A stretch of 64,000 nt of DNA from Octopus vulgaris (lineage: Eukaryota), in assembly GCA_951406725.2 (NCBI GenBank), contig OX597837.1, forward strand, positions 18,910,001 through 18,974,000, read 5' to 3'. How positions within the stretch are numbered: position 1 is the stretch's first letter; every line of letters starts with the position of its first letter. Made by a program: the position numbers and the translations under genes. Shown piece after piece: positions 52,697 through 64,000 of the stretch. The notes under the pieces were generated by a model. It had not been told where the DNA came from and made no database searches. It saw nothing but the letters and a program-made list of their open reading frames with translations.

Positions 52697-53392
52697 CATT
52701 GTCTTAACATAAGTAATATTAACATTACATTGCTATTATATATCTCCATAGCAGCTTACTTTGCTTCACTTTCATTTTGTATCTGACAATATTTATATAA
52801 CTGCATGTCATGCATAAACAAAGAGTATATTTCTTTCATTCTGTCTGCATCAAAAGGATGACAATAATGTGAATGAAATGGACTCAATTTTGATGACACA
52901 GGAATATAAATAGAATAATTGTATTTATGATGATATTGTGTTTAGTAATGAATACTAACTGTATTAAAAAGGCATTATAGCATATATGTTTATATTAAAA
53001 TCTATTGGCAGTATTTAAGTAGTAATTTTTCATTGCTTGATAAATGCATGTTGATTTAGCATAATTATATTTTATTTTATAGTTCTACACTACATTTTCC
53101 ATTATTGGTATTAGTTTCATTCCTGTTCTATGTCTTGCCAGTATTCTTCCCACATGCATACTATATGTATACTTACACATATACACTATAAGAATATATG
53201 ATAGAATGATTTCAAACCAATTTAAAGCATGCTATCTTAAAGATAGTGTGTTCACACTTGTATATATATATATATATATATATATTAAAAGTTGTTCCTC
53301 ATCGTAGACACACGAGGGCTCGATATGAGGGAGTAGTTAGGAATCTAAATTGGAATAGATAGACACACACCCAACTTCAGTTTTATATATAA

Positions 53393-53435
<43 letters not shown>

Positions 53436-53959
53436 TATATATATATATGTTTGTCCCCCCCACCATCGCTTGACAACTGGTGTCGGTGTGTTTACATCCC
53501 TATGACTTAGTGGTTCAGCAAGAGAGATCAATAGAATAAGTACTCGGCTTAAATAGAAGTCCTGGGGTCAATTCATTCGATTAAACCTCTTGAAGGCAGT
53601 GCTCCAAGCATGGATGCTGACAAATGACTGAAACAAATAAAAGAAAGAATATATATAAAATTTCCAGAATGAATTCTGGAAATCAGATACTTAAAGAGGA
53701 AAGACGAAGGTCAGGTCAGTGATAGCTCTATCGTGTACAAACAGTATTTAAGGAAAAATTCATACTTACTAAAGTAAGTACGGATTTGTACTCCGGTTGT
53801 GCATACATTTACAAATGGCAGACAGAATATGCAACAAATCATCAAGGTCACACATGGGTACACTCACTGCACCTGTTGCACCACACTCTATAGAGATCTA
53901 AATGAATTGCAGGTTCTGAGTTAGGTGAAAGGTAAACAAATAACAATTGATGGATTACG

Positions 53960-54050
53960 ATTCACTACAGCTGTTTTGGATGTGTTTTTTATGGATGAAT
54001 GGAAGTGTTACACCATGCGAAAAAATAAAAAACGTTTTCATCAGGTGAAT
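53960..54050 (-). ncRNA. Degenerate hammerhead ribozyme motif
   Basis: Minus strand: ATTCAC-CTGATGA...CC-AAA-ACAGCTGT-A-GTGAAT. Stem I and stem III are perfect, but G12 has changed to A. Confidence 0.5.
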
Positions 54051-55245
54051 ACAGGTAAGAATTAAACATTTTGAACATCTCCATTCCTCATATACTCTGC
54101 TCCTTGATCGAGGCCCCTTAATGAGTTCCACTTTATAAACTTACAGTTTCAAAATAAGAGGATTAAAATCAAGATAAGCAACAGGATATCCAGAGGTAAT
54201 GCAGTTCGATCGTTTCAAGCGACTCCATTTAATTGAACAATGCAACCATTACATCAATTTAAATGCAGAGCAATCCTCAGCTGCATAAATACTCTCTCTT
54301 TACTCTTTTACTTGTTTCAGTCATTTGACTGTGGCCATGCAGGAGCACTGCCTTTAGTCAAGCAAATTGACCGCAGGACTTATTCTTTGTAAGCCTAGTA
54401 CTTATTCTATCGGTCTCTTTTGCCAAACCACTAAGTTACAGCATTGCTTGTCAAGCTATGTTGGGGAACAAACATATACACACACGTACATATATATGAT
54501 AATGATGATGATGATGATGATGATATATACGACGGGCTTCTTTCAGATTCTGTCTACCAAATCCACTTACAAGGCTTTGGTCAGCCTGAGGCTATAGTAG
54601 AAGGTACTATGCAGTGGGACTGAACCTGGAACTATGTGGTTGGTAAGCAAGCTACTTACCACACAGCCACTCCTATGCCTATACTTAGAATTGAATTAAA
54701 TTAAAACAGAAGGGCACATTAGTATAATTTTACCTAAAACCTCCAAGAAGGTAAGGAGATAGACAAAGAACATGCTGTCTTCACTTCATCTTAGAAGCCA
54801 CTAAGGTATCAAGAAGAAAGACTTGTTAGAGATCTAGCTTGTCACTGTTTTTTGGGGTCAGTTTTAATTTATAGTCTAAGGCCAAGGAACAAGGAGCAGT
54901 GTCTCTTGGGAAAGGGGCTGAGGGAGTCGAAAGAAGTCATAGTGGGTATAGTAATAAAACTATCAAAATTAATTTGAAGCCATATAATGGGATTTGGTAA
55001 AGGAAATCTTAAATACTTATGTTAGCTGACAATTAAAGGGGCAAGACTCTAATAAACTAATGATGATAATACGGGGAAATTTTATCATGTTATAGTTGAA
55101 TATTTTAAACAATATTGCTATATTGTATATAATTAAGATTTAGGGTTATCAAGAAGATTATTAAGAAGAATATTATAACAAAAGGGTAAAAATTTTTTGA
55201 ATACTTTTGAGTTTATACCAAATTTGAGCACAATATATTTGTATA

Positions 55246-55979
55246 TCTATTATATAAAATCCATTCTGTCTGTCTGTGTGTGTTTTCTAGGATCTCGGGC
55301 ATCCTCCATCCGATTGCGCTCAAATTTGATATGTAGATACCAATGGTATCAGGCCGTGTATAAGTCTTGAAAAAATTACAAAAATCGATTCCAGGTGAGA
55401 AGCCGTGGGAACGTGCATTTGTACGTGCAAGTACATCAGCTGTTGCAATTGATATTACGCATATGCAAGAAAATGCACATGCAGTTTGCACAAAAAAAGC
55501 CAGAGACCAAATAAGTAAGGTGCAAAAGAGATATTTTCTTCAAACTTGGCATGAAGGAAGGAAAGACTATTTGGTTTCTCAAGAAGTTTTTTTTTTTTTT
55601 GCCTTAACTTCGTTTAACAAAACCATAAATTTTATTGAAATAAAGGCATGCTTAATTATTTTTTAATGAAAAGAAAACACGCTTCTTTCCCACCAAGCTT
55701 ATTGTTTAAACCATGTTTGTGTTCTCCAAGTCAGCAGCCTTATCATTACTGGTACTTTAAACTCTTTGGTTGCATATCTGTGTGAATAAAATCGTTTTTC
55801 TTTGGAATAGAAAAAAAGTCTATCGTTATTTCTTTTTTTGCTGGTGTCTCAAATTTAGGTTAAATCAATGTTTCTCAAAAGGGAGGCCTATGGGACGGTT
55901 GGACAAGTTGTTTTGAGAAACTTTGGTTTAAATGTTTGACAACTCAGCACTGTCCATTGGATGGGGGACGTTTTGCTCG
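55246..55979 (+). mobile_element. Non-autonomous Helitron-like element
   Basis: Starts A|TCTATTATATAAAA followed by a (TCTG)n/(TG)n tract. Ends with a weak hairpin and CTCG|T (a CTAG variant). Confidence 0.45.
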
Positions 55980-55981
55980 TA

Positions 55982-56027
<46 letters not shown>

Positions 56028-56514
56028 AGCTAAGGAGGGCCCCACAGCAACCATAAAACAATCATCTTCCCTCAAAAACACTTCCTACAACCCCCAGCCC
56101 AACATACACTTACATTCACATACACAAGCATCACTATACTTATCACACCACACTTACTTCTTTCTATTAGTTGTTATTATCAATTATTGTAGGCCTAGTT
56201 GTATAGACACATGATAACACCAAGAGCATCTACCTACCCAGGGTAAATGCATAAATCAACATAATGGTGTGACTAGCATACACCAGAATTTTCATGTCAC
56301 CATGTACCTCTATGTATATTATTTTGTTTCTCAATGACTTTATGTATTGTAATTGTTAGAGAGTTCAAAATCTTGAGACAGAAAGCTGAGGATACATGCT
56401 TCAATGTTTGTTGAATTACTTAAATAATATTTATGTGTATTAGCCATACAGCTGGGATAAGCTTTGTTTTGAACTTGAATATCTGGATATTTTGCTGTAT
56501 TTATAATATAAATC

Positions 56515-58040
56515 CACCTCTGCTACTAACTTGGTCACCTAGATAGCGGAAACTATCTACTACCTCTAGCTTACCCACCTGTCAGTTGATGAAGTCTATT
56601 TTCTGGACATTTTTGGTGTTTATTGTACCTGTGCATCTTCCACACACAAAAGCTATTTTCCCTATTAAACTTCCTCTGATATTGCAACACATCTTACACT
56701 GGGTACATCTTATGGAGTTTCTACTTATGCCTTTTCTAGAGATTGAGCAGGGCCATCTAATTGAAGGGATTTGTGATTTGTCTGCCTTCCTACTTACTAA
56801 AATTTTGGTTTTTGCTAGGTTAACTCTAAGGCCCTTCGATTCTAAACCTTGCTTCCATACCTGAGATTTCTCTAGTTCTGGTAGTGATTCAGCTATAAGA
56901 ATAAGGTCATCAGCATAGAGGAGCTCCCAGGGACAGCTTGTCTTAAATTCCTCTGTTATTGTCTGGAGGATTATGATGAACAAGAAGGGGATGAGGACTG
57001 ATCCTTGGTGAACACTACTGCTCTCAATTCTTCACTGTACTCATTGCCAATCCTCAACTTATTGATAATGCCCCTGTACATGGCTTGTACAGCTCTCACC
57101 AATCACTCATCTATCTCTAGTTTTTACATTGGGGAAACTAGGGATAGATGACATTGTCAAAGGCTTTCTCCATGTTAACAGTCAAGTGCAGAAGTTTATA
57201 TTTGGCTATGTATTTCTCCTGCAGCTTCCTTGCCAGAAATATAGCATCAGTGGTGCTTCTCCCTGGTATAAAACCAAACTGTATCTCATCTAAACTAACC
57301 TTTTAATTAGTTGGGCTATGACCCTCTCCATAACTTTCAACACCTAATCCAACAATTTAATACCTCTGTAATTACTTCTATCTAGGGTATCACATTTACC
57401 TTTGTAGTAGTTGACTATGGTGCTGCTACACCAATCATCGAGTATGACTTGTTTGTGAACCACCTGATTTACAATATGGGTGACTAGATATTTTAAGCAT
57501 CTTAACAGGGATTCCTGATGGATTGGAAGTTTTCCCTATTTTCATATCCTTAAATGCTTTATCAACCAAGGTACTGTTGATTCAGATAGCGGGTCCCTCA
57601 CTTGGGTCAACATTTGGCAGACTCTCCTCCTCCTCCCATTCATTCTCCATGTCCAGCAGTTTTTCATAATGGCATTTCCAAGCCTCTTTCTTTACAGAAT
57701 CATTAAACACAAGGGCATCATCATCTATGTTGACACATTTCTCTCCTATGACATCACAATTTTCTCTCACACACTGTCTTGAAATCTGAAACACGTCAAA
57801 TCTTTGGTTCTCATGTCGCTAAACATAAGTAAACTTCTTTTCTCTCTTCTCCCTTGACTAGATATACCTGTCTCCTAGCTTCCCTTCTGGCTATCTGATA
57901 CAGTTCCCTGCTATCCCCACTCTTCCAGGCCTGTTTCTGTGCTCTAATGGCTTGTTTACAGCATTGTTCCACCACCACGTCACCCTAGGTCTGCATTGGA
58001 CTTTGCACCAGCTGCAGATTTGGTCTGTGGCACTCAGCAA
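56515..58040 (-). mobile_element. RTE-clade LINE RT region, decayed
   Basis: Motifs KEAWKCHYEKLL, NYRGIKLLD, QFGFIPGRSTTDAIF, VHQGSVLIP, WELLYADDL and FRYLGD. Confidence 0.9.
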
Positions 58041-58044
58041 GCTG

Positions 58045-59692
58045 GGTATCTGACATTGTAAGAGGTATCTAACATTGAACCTCTCCTTGAAGACTTGATG
58101 AAATTACAACGTGAATGGAAAGGAATCTAGAATGAAGTCAAAGAGGTTGCATCAAATCTTGAGATGGAAATCAAACTCACCCATGGGCATGGAGGCATGG
58201 GTGAGAAGAGAACAAGGATGCTTGATGACACTTGATGTCAACCTGGCAGAAATGATTGACACAGATGATTCACCAGAAGAGCCCTGTTTCAGTAAAAACT
58301 GTTTTATGTTTTGATTGATAATGTTGTTGCAGGATTAACAGAACATTTTAATGTTGTTAAGAGGTTGGCTGAAAATTTTGATTTTTTTATGGAAATATCC
58401 CACAATATCTGGAAGTGAGCAAGAAAGAAAGCAAAAGCTATGGCACATTCATATTCTGCAGATTTTATAGAAGAAATTCAACATTTGCCAGCAGTACACA
58501 AAGCTAATTTTGGAAAGCCAGAAACAAAACCTCAAGAATTGTTAAATTTGTTAACAGACTACAAATTGTGTGAAATATTTCCAAATGTTTGTATTAATTT
58601 GAGGATATTGTTGACAATTCCAGCTACAGCAGTATCAGCTGAAAGATCTTCTAATAAACTCAAACTTATCAAAAACTATTTGAGGTCTACTAAGTCTCAA
58701 ATCAGACTTGTTGATCTAGCATGACTGAGTATTGAAGCTGGCATTGCCAAATTGATTTTGATAGAGTTATTAGAACTTTTTCAAATGAGAAGCCAGAAAA
58801 GCACATTTTAATTAGTACTGTAGTTAAATGTTTGCAACAGGATCTGGAATCGGTATCACTGAAGGGGTGTCCGATCCGATCCCGTCACATTCAATTTAGT
58901 TAGATATAACAGACGAAGTCAGGTTATCTGGGAAAGACAGCAAATGTTGTTTATTACTCGTGATGGTGTACGTATTTCTGAGGGGAAACGACAGCCAAAT
59001 CTTTGTACTGCTTCTTGTTGGTTGATTGAAGTGATTCGATGTGGTCCGTTGCTAAGCCGGTGTAGAGTTCTCAGAGACTACCAAATGCACGTCTGTTCAC
59101 GAGGGCTGAAAGTGCCAGAGAGAGTGAGTGAGTGGACTGTGCCTTAGGGGTCAGTTTCCCGCACATGCGCATGGGGAAGACTTCCGGTGGCCACCCGGAA
59201 GTAGTCCCATTCTGCGCATGCGCGCTGAACCTTACACAGTAGCATCACTACATGGCTCCCCCTCGAGTGCGGAAGTACGAAAACAAGAAAATTTGTGCTT
59301 TAGGGGTCAGTTTCCCGCACATGCACATGGGGAAGACTTCCGGTGGCCACCCGGAACCTTACACAGTAGCATCACTACATGTTAAATTTGTATTTTGTTT
59401 TTCTTTTAAGAGAAATTCTTTTTTTTTTAAAGAAATTATGAATGCTTAAAAAGCATTTCACTATGAAAAAACCTAAAAGGCGATTGGTGAATGTAACCAT
59501 AAATACTGACTTATGTTGCTGTATTAACTGAATATATACATTAATTATGTTATATTTGATTGTAAAGCATTTATGAGAGTTTACATGTAGATTTACTGGG
59601 CATCAAATCCTTGATTTTAAGAAAGATATTACCTGCTTCAGGGCCCCAAGGGGGTCTTGTACCACCTTGCAAAATATCTCTTGGAGGCCCTG
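58045..59692 (+). mobile_element. hAT transposon 3' portion (C-terminal dimerisation domain), with an LTR insertion
   Basis: FPNVCINLRILLTIPATAVSAERSSNKLKLIKNYLRSTKSQIRLVDLA at 58579-58721 is the hATC signature. There is a possible terminal GGAGGCCCTG near 59683-59692. Confidence 0.8.
58819..59379 (-). mobile_element. Internally deleted LTR retroelement: partial 5' LTR, PPT and a full 434-bp 3' LTR (58819-59252)
   Basis: The LTR has TGTAGT...ACTACA ends. A minus-strand PPT, GAGGGGGAG-CCA, lies immediately before TGTAGTGATG at 59252, and a minus AATAAA is at 58950-58955. 59294-59379 duplicates the LTR start. No TSD was found. Confidence 0.7.
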
Positions 59693-61039
59693 AATGGAAC
59701 CCATAAACCTCTGTGTCATTTTGGATTCCTTCCAAAAATTTTCATCTCTGAGTCAAAGCAGTATGAAAAGTAAGCTAGCTTGCAGGGAACCCACACCTCT
59801 CCAGGCTTCACAAGCAGAAAGAACTGAGTTGAGCAATGGAAATTAAGTGAAACACTCATCAAATTCACACTACTGCCTCTGTTTACTGCTTAAAGCAGTG
59901 AATTGCTTCTACTCAGAACATAAAGAGCTGAACTTCAAAAGTGCAACGACCGAATTAGGTGAAAGAGTTGAAGAAGAATAAAAAAGAAATAAAATGTTTT
60001 ACCCTTTTTTGACTTTTACAAAATATTAGAATAACAAGGTGAGAATTTGGAAACAAACTGGAACTGGATGAAGATGAGGATGTATTTAAATGTTCCAAGT
60101 TCAGGGTCAAAGGGATTCTTTTGGCTAAGTTGAATCTATAACATATAACAGAAGTATGGAATTACTGGTTGGTGTGATGAGACAAGTGTCAATGGTAGAG
60201 TATGTCAAGGTCAAAAAAAAAATTACTGTTGAAATGCTAGAATCAAAAGAAATCAATCTATGAAGTGTCATCGTCTGTGACCTATATTTGGAGTTACTAC
60301 CAAAGTAAGTAGGTCAAAGTTCACATTTCACTCACAAAAATTTTATTTTTTTCACATGATGGTTATGGTTAGATGCTCCTCACTCACAAGCCTTGTTTTT
60401 TTGACATGATGGCTATGGTCGGATGCTCTCCCTATCACCAACCACTTTATATAGTGTATTGTATATAGTTTACCATAGCACTAGCACTAGAAATATTACC
60501 ATGCCCACCAGCAAGACTAGAGTTCTCTTTATTATATGTGGCTATTCATGCCTCGATCAACACTAGTACATGTGTGTGTGTGTGTGCATCCATGGGAAAC
60601 GCTACACATCTAGTACCACTACACACATTCCGTTTCTACAAGAATACCAACCCTAAAACACACTCTTCTGCAGAAAACTCGTCGTTTTGCAAAACCCTAC
60701 AGGATGTTTGGTATCAAGGGACATAACTCTTGTTCGTTTCACCGTCTTTTTCACAAGCACGAACCGGTTGTGTCAAGTACAGGCGATGCTTTGTGTTGTC
60801 GAGCAAAGTACTTCATTTCATGTCGCTCTGCAATCATTTTGTCATCTGGCATCCATCCATACACCTGTACAGTTAATGTCGATCTGATGGAGAGAGTCGG
60901 CTTATGTGAATACAAACATTTGATCACTATAAACAAATCATCAGTGTGGTTGTTCAGCGAGAAATTGTGGAACCCTCATACACTGTCTCATGACAGGAGT
61001 GTTCACGATACATACATACATTTTATATATATATACACA

Positions 61040-61834
61040 CGAGGATATACTCCAAAAAAACTGGAATTATGCAATATTATTTTATTCACTTGGTTTCACA
61101 TGTTTACACTTTCATCACATTCAAAGCCTTCTTCTTTTGAAGCAATGCATCAGTCCAGGTGCGTTTTTTACTTCATCTCTTCCATATCTGCAAATTCCAT
61201 AATACCAGTGATGACCTTCAAAAAAATGTCCAGATCAACTTCCAATTGTTCTTTCAGTTCATGACACACATTCAGTCATGACTGGTTTTGATCTGTGAGC
61301 AAGTGAAGCTCAAATTTTGCTGCAACTCTCTTCATTTGCAATTCTTTGCTCAGAATTTGTTGGCAGGAGTTCCAAGACACACCAGTCATATCAACAAGTT
61401 TGTCAATTGTTCGGTGATGGTCCTCTAAGATCAGTTCGTGAATTTTCATTCGTTCGTGAGGTCGACAGTCACCCTGAACGAGGTTGGTCTTCAAGCAACA
61501 CATGACCTTTCCAAAAAACGTGAAAACCACTCATAAACTTGCGTTTTGCTCATGACAGCATTCTTCTAAGCTGTTTGAAGCATGACAACTGCTTTCTCCT
61601 GCAGAAAAGAGAATTTCACGGAAGCATGTCATTCCTTCATTTCAACCATTGCAAAAATCAACGAACAGGGTAGAAGCACTGCAAAACAAAAACACACCAC
61701 ATGGCAGTGTGACCACACTTGATGACACTAGTCAGTAGACTGATACCCGAGGGTCGCATCAAGTGGTTTCTAGCAGGGGAAGCCTGAACTACAACAGGCT
61801 TGTCTCACAGAGAACGTTTCTGGTTACCTCCTCG
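61040..61834 (-). mobile_element. Internally deleted mariner transposon
   Basis: TIR-like ends CGAGGATATACTCCAAAAAA and TTTCTGGTTACCTCCTCG|TA. The N-terminal HTH contains MSKTQVYEWFSRF, EDQPRSG, QQILSKELQMKRVAAKF and FLKVITG. The catalytic middle is missing. Confidence 0.8.
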
Positions 61835-62688
61835 TATATGTACGGTGGCTCTGTTGTTTAATTAACTGTAGTGGCTGTTCCTACATGAATGCATGAGGGG
61901 TAGAACATTATACAGGCAGAATCAGTATGGCAGTGACAAGGCTGTATCCTTTGAATTACAAGTGCAGTCCACTTTACAGGACTCTGTATTGCTTTTATCA
62001 ACTCAATTTCACTCAGAAAGCAAGAGTCAACCTGAGGCTAGAGAAAATGATGTTTGTCCAAGATGCCATGCAATGGGATCAAACACAGGAATCTGTGTTT
62101 GTGAAGCAAACTTTTCAAGCATTTGGCCATGCTGTATCTGCACACACACACACACACACAAAATATACATGTATCATGATGATCATCATTTCCAAACTAT
62201 TATGGGTTGGATGGTTTGACAGGATTAGATGGGTCCAAGGACTACATCACACTCCAATTGTCTCTTTTGGCATGGTTTCTGTGGCAGAATGCCCTTCCTT
62301 ACACCAACCATTTCACAGCATTTACAGGGTACATTTTAATTTTACATACTAAATGTAAAGACATGAACTGACAGATATCAAATGTATATGCATATATTGG
62401 TAGACACTAAAAAATTAATAACATATTTACAAGAACAAAGAAACAATAACAAAAGCATTTCTATAAATAAATTTTCACATTCAGAGATCTTTGCTCTTTA
62501 TTTGTATTAACTTTCATACTTAAATAAAGGAAAGGTTAGTTTGTTTTTTATTTTTCTTTAAATACAGAGGATTGTGCTTTTATACATACATACACACACA
62601 CATTTTATATATATATATAAATCACACATGCATATATACATACAAGGATATATATATATATATATATATATAGACGTGTATGTGTGTA

Positions 62689-62736
<48 letters not shown>

Positions 62737-62992
62737 GATATATGTATGTATATGTGTGGGTACAGCTATGTGTTACAGCGTGTATAACAATAAATATTTG
62801 AATTCTTTTGTTTATTTTTAGGCATTAGGAAAATACTATTATTTGTCACATGTTAATGTATGTGTGTATGTATGTATGCATGTATTAGTTTTAGCAGGAG
62901 AAAAAGGAAAACAAAGAAAAATAGATGGCTCATATGAGAGTAAGAGTGGAAGTAGAGGCAGCACATGGAAAATGACAATTGCTTCTTGAAGG

Positions 62993-63220
62993 TCAATTGA
63001 ATTTCATTTTTGTTGCAGTAAATCGTTCCATATAATTTTCATATCCTGGAATGTTGTAGAAATCTTTCATGTCAAAAACATTTCCATCAACAGAGAGAAG
63101 AGAAATTTTGGAGTTTTTCATGATTTTTGGTGTGAAAGCAGATATATCAAGACAGTTTTCCAGGAGGCGCAAAACTTTTAGTCGTGGGCAGTCAGCAATA
63201 TCTTCAGGTAATGTAGATAA
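62993..63220 (-). CDS. LRRC57: Leucine-rich repeat-containing protein 57, last coding exon
   Basis: Acceptor TTTTTTCATTTACAG (AG at 63222-63221). Phase-0 translation LSTLPEDIADCPRLKVLRLLENCLDISAFTPKIMKNSKISLLSVDGNVFDMKDFYNIPGYENYMERFTATKMKFN* matches the LRRC57 C-terminus as I recall it (CPRLK.LRL.ENCL...GY..YMERFTATK.KF). Minus-strand AATAAA candidates are at 62811-62816 and 62497-62502. Confidence 0.92.
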   Translation of the reverse strand, partial: LSTLPEDIADCPRLKVLRLLENCLDISAFTPKIMKNSKISLLSVDGNVFDMKDFYNIPGYENYMERFTATKMKFN

Positions 63221-63717
63221 CTGTAAATGAAAAAATTAAAGAAACCACATTATTTATTGAAGAAAACAAATGCCTTAAATATATTTGGCTTAAGTAGCAA
63301 CATTTTGTTACACACATTCCCAAGCCCTGGAGATGAAAGTTAAGGTGGACTGTGATGGGATTTTATATAGATTTTGAAAATAAAGGAATATCATTCATAA
63401 ATTTCAATTATATTTGCATCAAGAAGTTTGTTTTGTAATTACAAGGTTCTGTGTTCAATCCCATGGTGTCGAATCCTGAGCAGGTGTCTTTTGTCATTTT
63501 GGCCAGTGAATCTAGGTTGGCAGAGGCTTATAAACTGTACCTGAGATTCAAATGGTCACCTTTGTCACACAGTTCATCTGAATTATGTTAAAGGCAGATG
63601 TGTCAGTAGAATACCCAGCCAAATGCACAACAATTTAATGACCACTAAAAAAGACAGATGATTGAATCAAAAGGGCTTCAACAATTTTTTAGGTAAATTT
63701 TATATATATATATATAC

Positions 63718-64000
63718 AAATAGAGATAGGGGTTGTAAGTGCAACCCTCCATGAGATAACATATATCCAATATACTGCTAGTGAAGCACCCAACAAAGTT
63801 AATACATAAATGTTAAGAACTGCGATGCAATTAATTCATTTACTGTATTATATGAGCAAAGGTAAAATGTTTTACCACAAATTAATAATACAAAATAAGA
63901 AAATGGAGAAACACATCTTAATCAATGATCAACTACCAGATAATACCCAATCACATAATTTATTAAACCACTATATATGAACATTATAGAACAAAACAAT
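63718..64000. mobile_element. (TA)n-adjacent repeat, same family as 6826-7860, intronic in LRRC57
   Basis: GAGATAGGGGTTGTAA.T.CAACCCTCCATG.GATAACATATATCCAATATACTGCTAG is shared in reverse complement with 7795-7860. AGAAAATGGAG...ATCAAT.ATCAACTA.CAGATAATAC is shared with 6831-6882. Confidence 0.65.

Noticed and set aside
56380-56465. CTGAGGA...ACAGCTG hammerhead-like remnant
   Set aside because: The GAAA box and NUH site are not recoverable, so it is too degenerate to call.
60704-61264. 186-aa ORF
   Set aside because: It overlaps the antisense strand of a mariner remnant and a TA tract, and does not look like a host protein.

Overview
AT-rich, microsatellite- and transposon-dense eukaryotic genomic DNA. 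The repeat landscape suggests a coleoid cephalopod such as Octopus; this is an inference from the tRNA/CORE-type SINEs, RTE and R4/Dong-type LINEs and (TA)n/(CA)n/(TAA)n arrays. Nearly all ORFs in the supplied track are microsatellite or SINE artefacts. Host genes are limited to three: the last coding exon of LRRC57 (minus, 62993-63220), a probable last coding exon of an unidentified gene (plus, 1802-1924), and an uninterrupted 347-aa orphan ORF (plus, 48377-49420) with a splice acceptor and polyA signal. Mobile DNA includes a Tc1 (DD34E) fossil split by a solo LTR, mariner, hAT, piggyBac-type and Helitron-like remnants, RTE, R4/Dong and L1/Tx1-like LINE fragments, and dozens of SINEs. The most striking unannotated signal is about 13 hammerhead-ribozyme (HHR) motifs of the type-I, palindromic-stem-III kind, sitting in short non-coding elements inserted in or next to (TA)n tracts. 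Two young copies (41593-42558 and 44616-45315) have canonical cores and show inverted plus permuted/tandem architecture, as expected for Penelope-like terminal repeats or retrozyme-like circular-RNA retroelements. Coordinates of old repeats are approximate, and no database search was possible.
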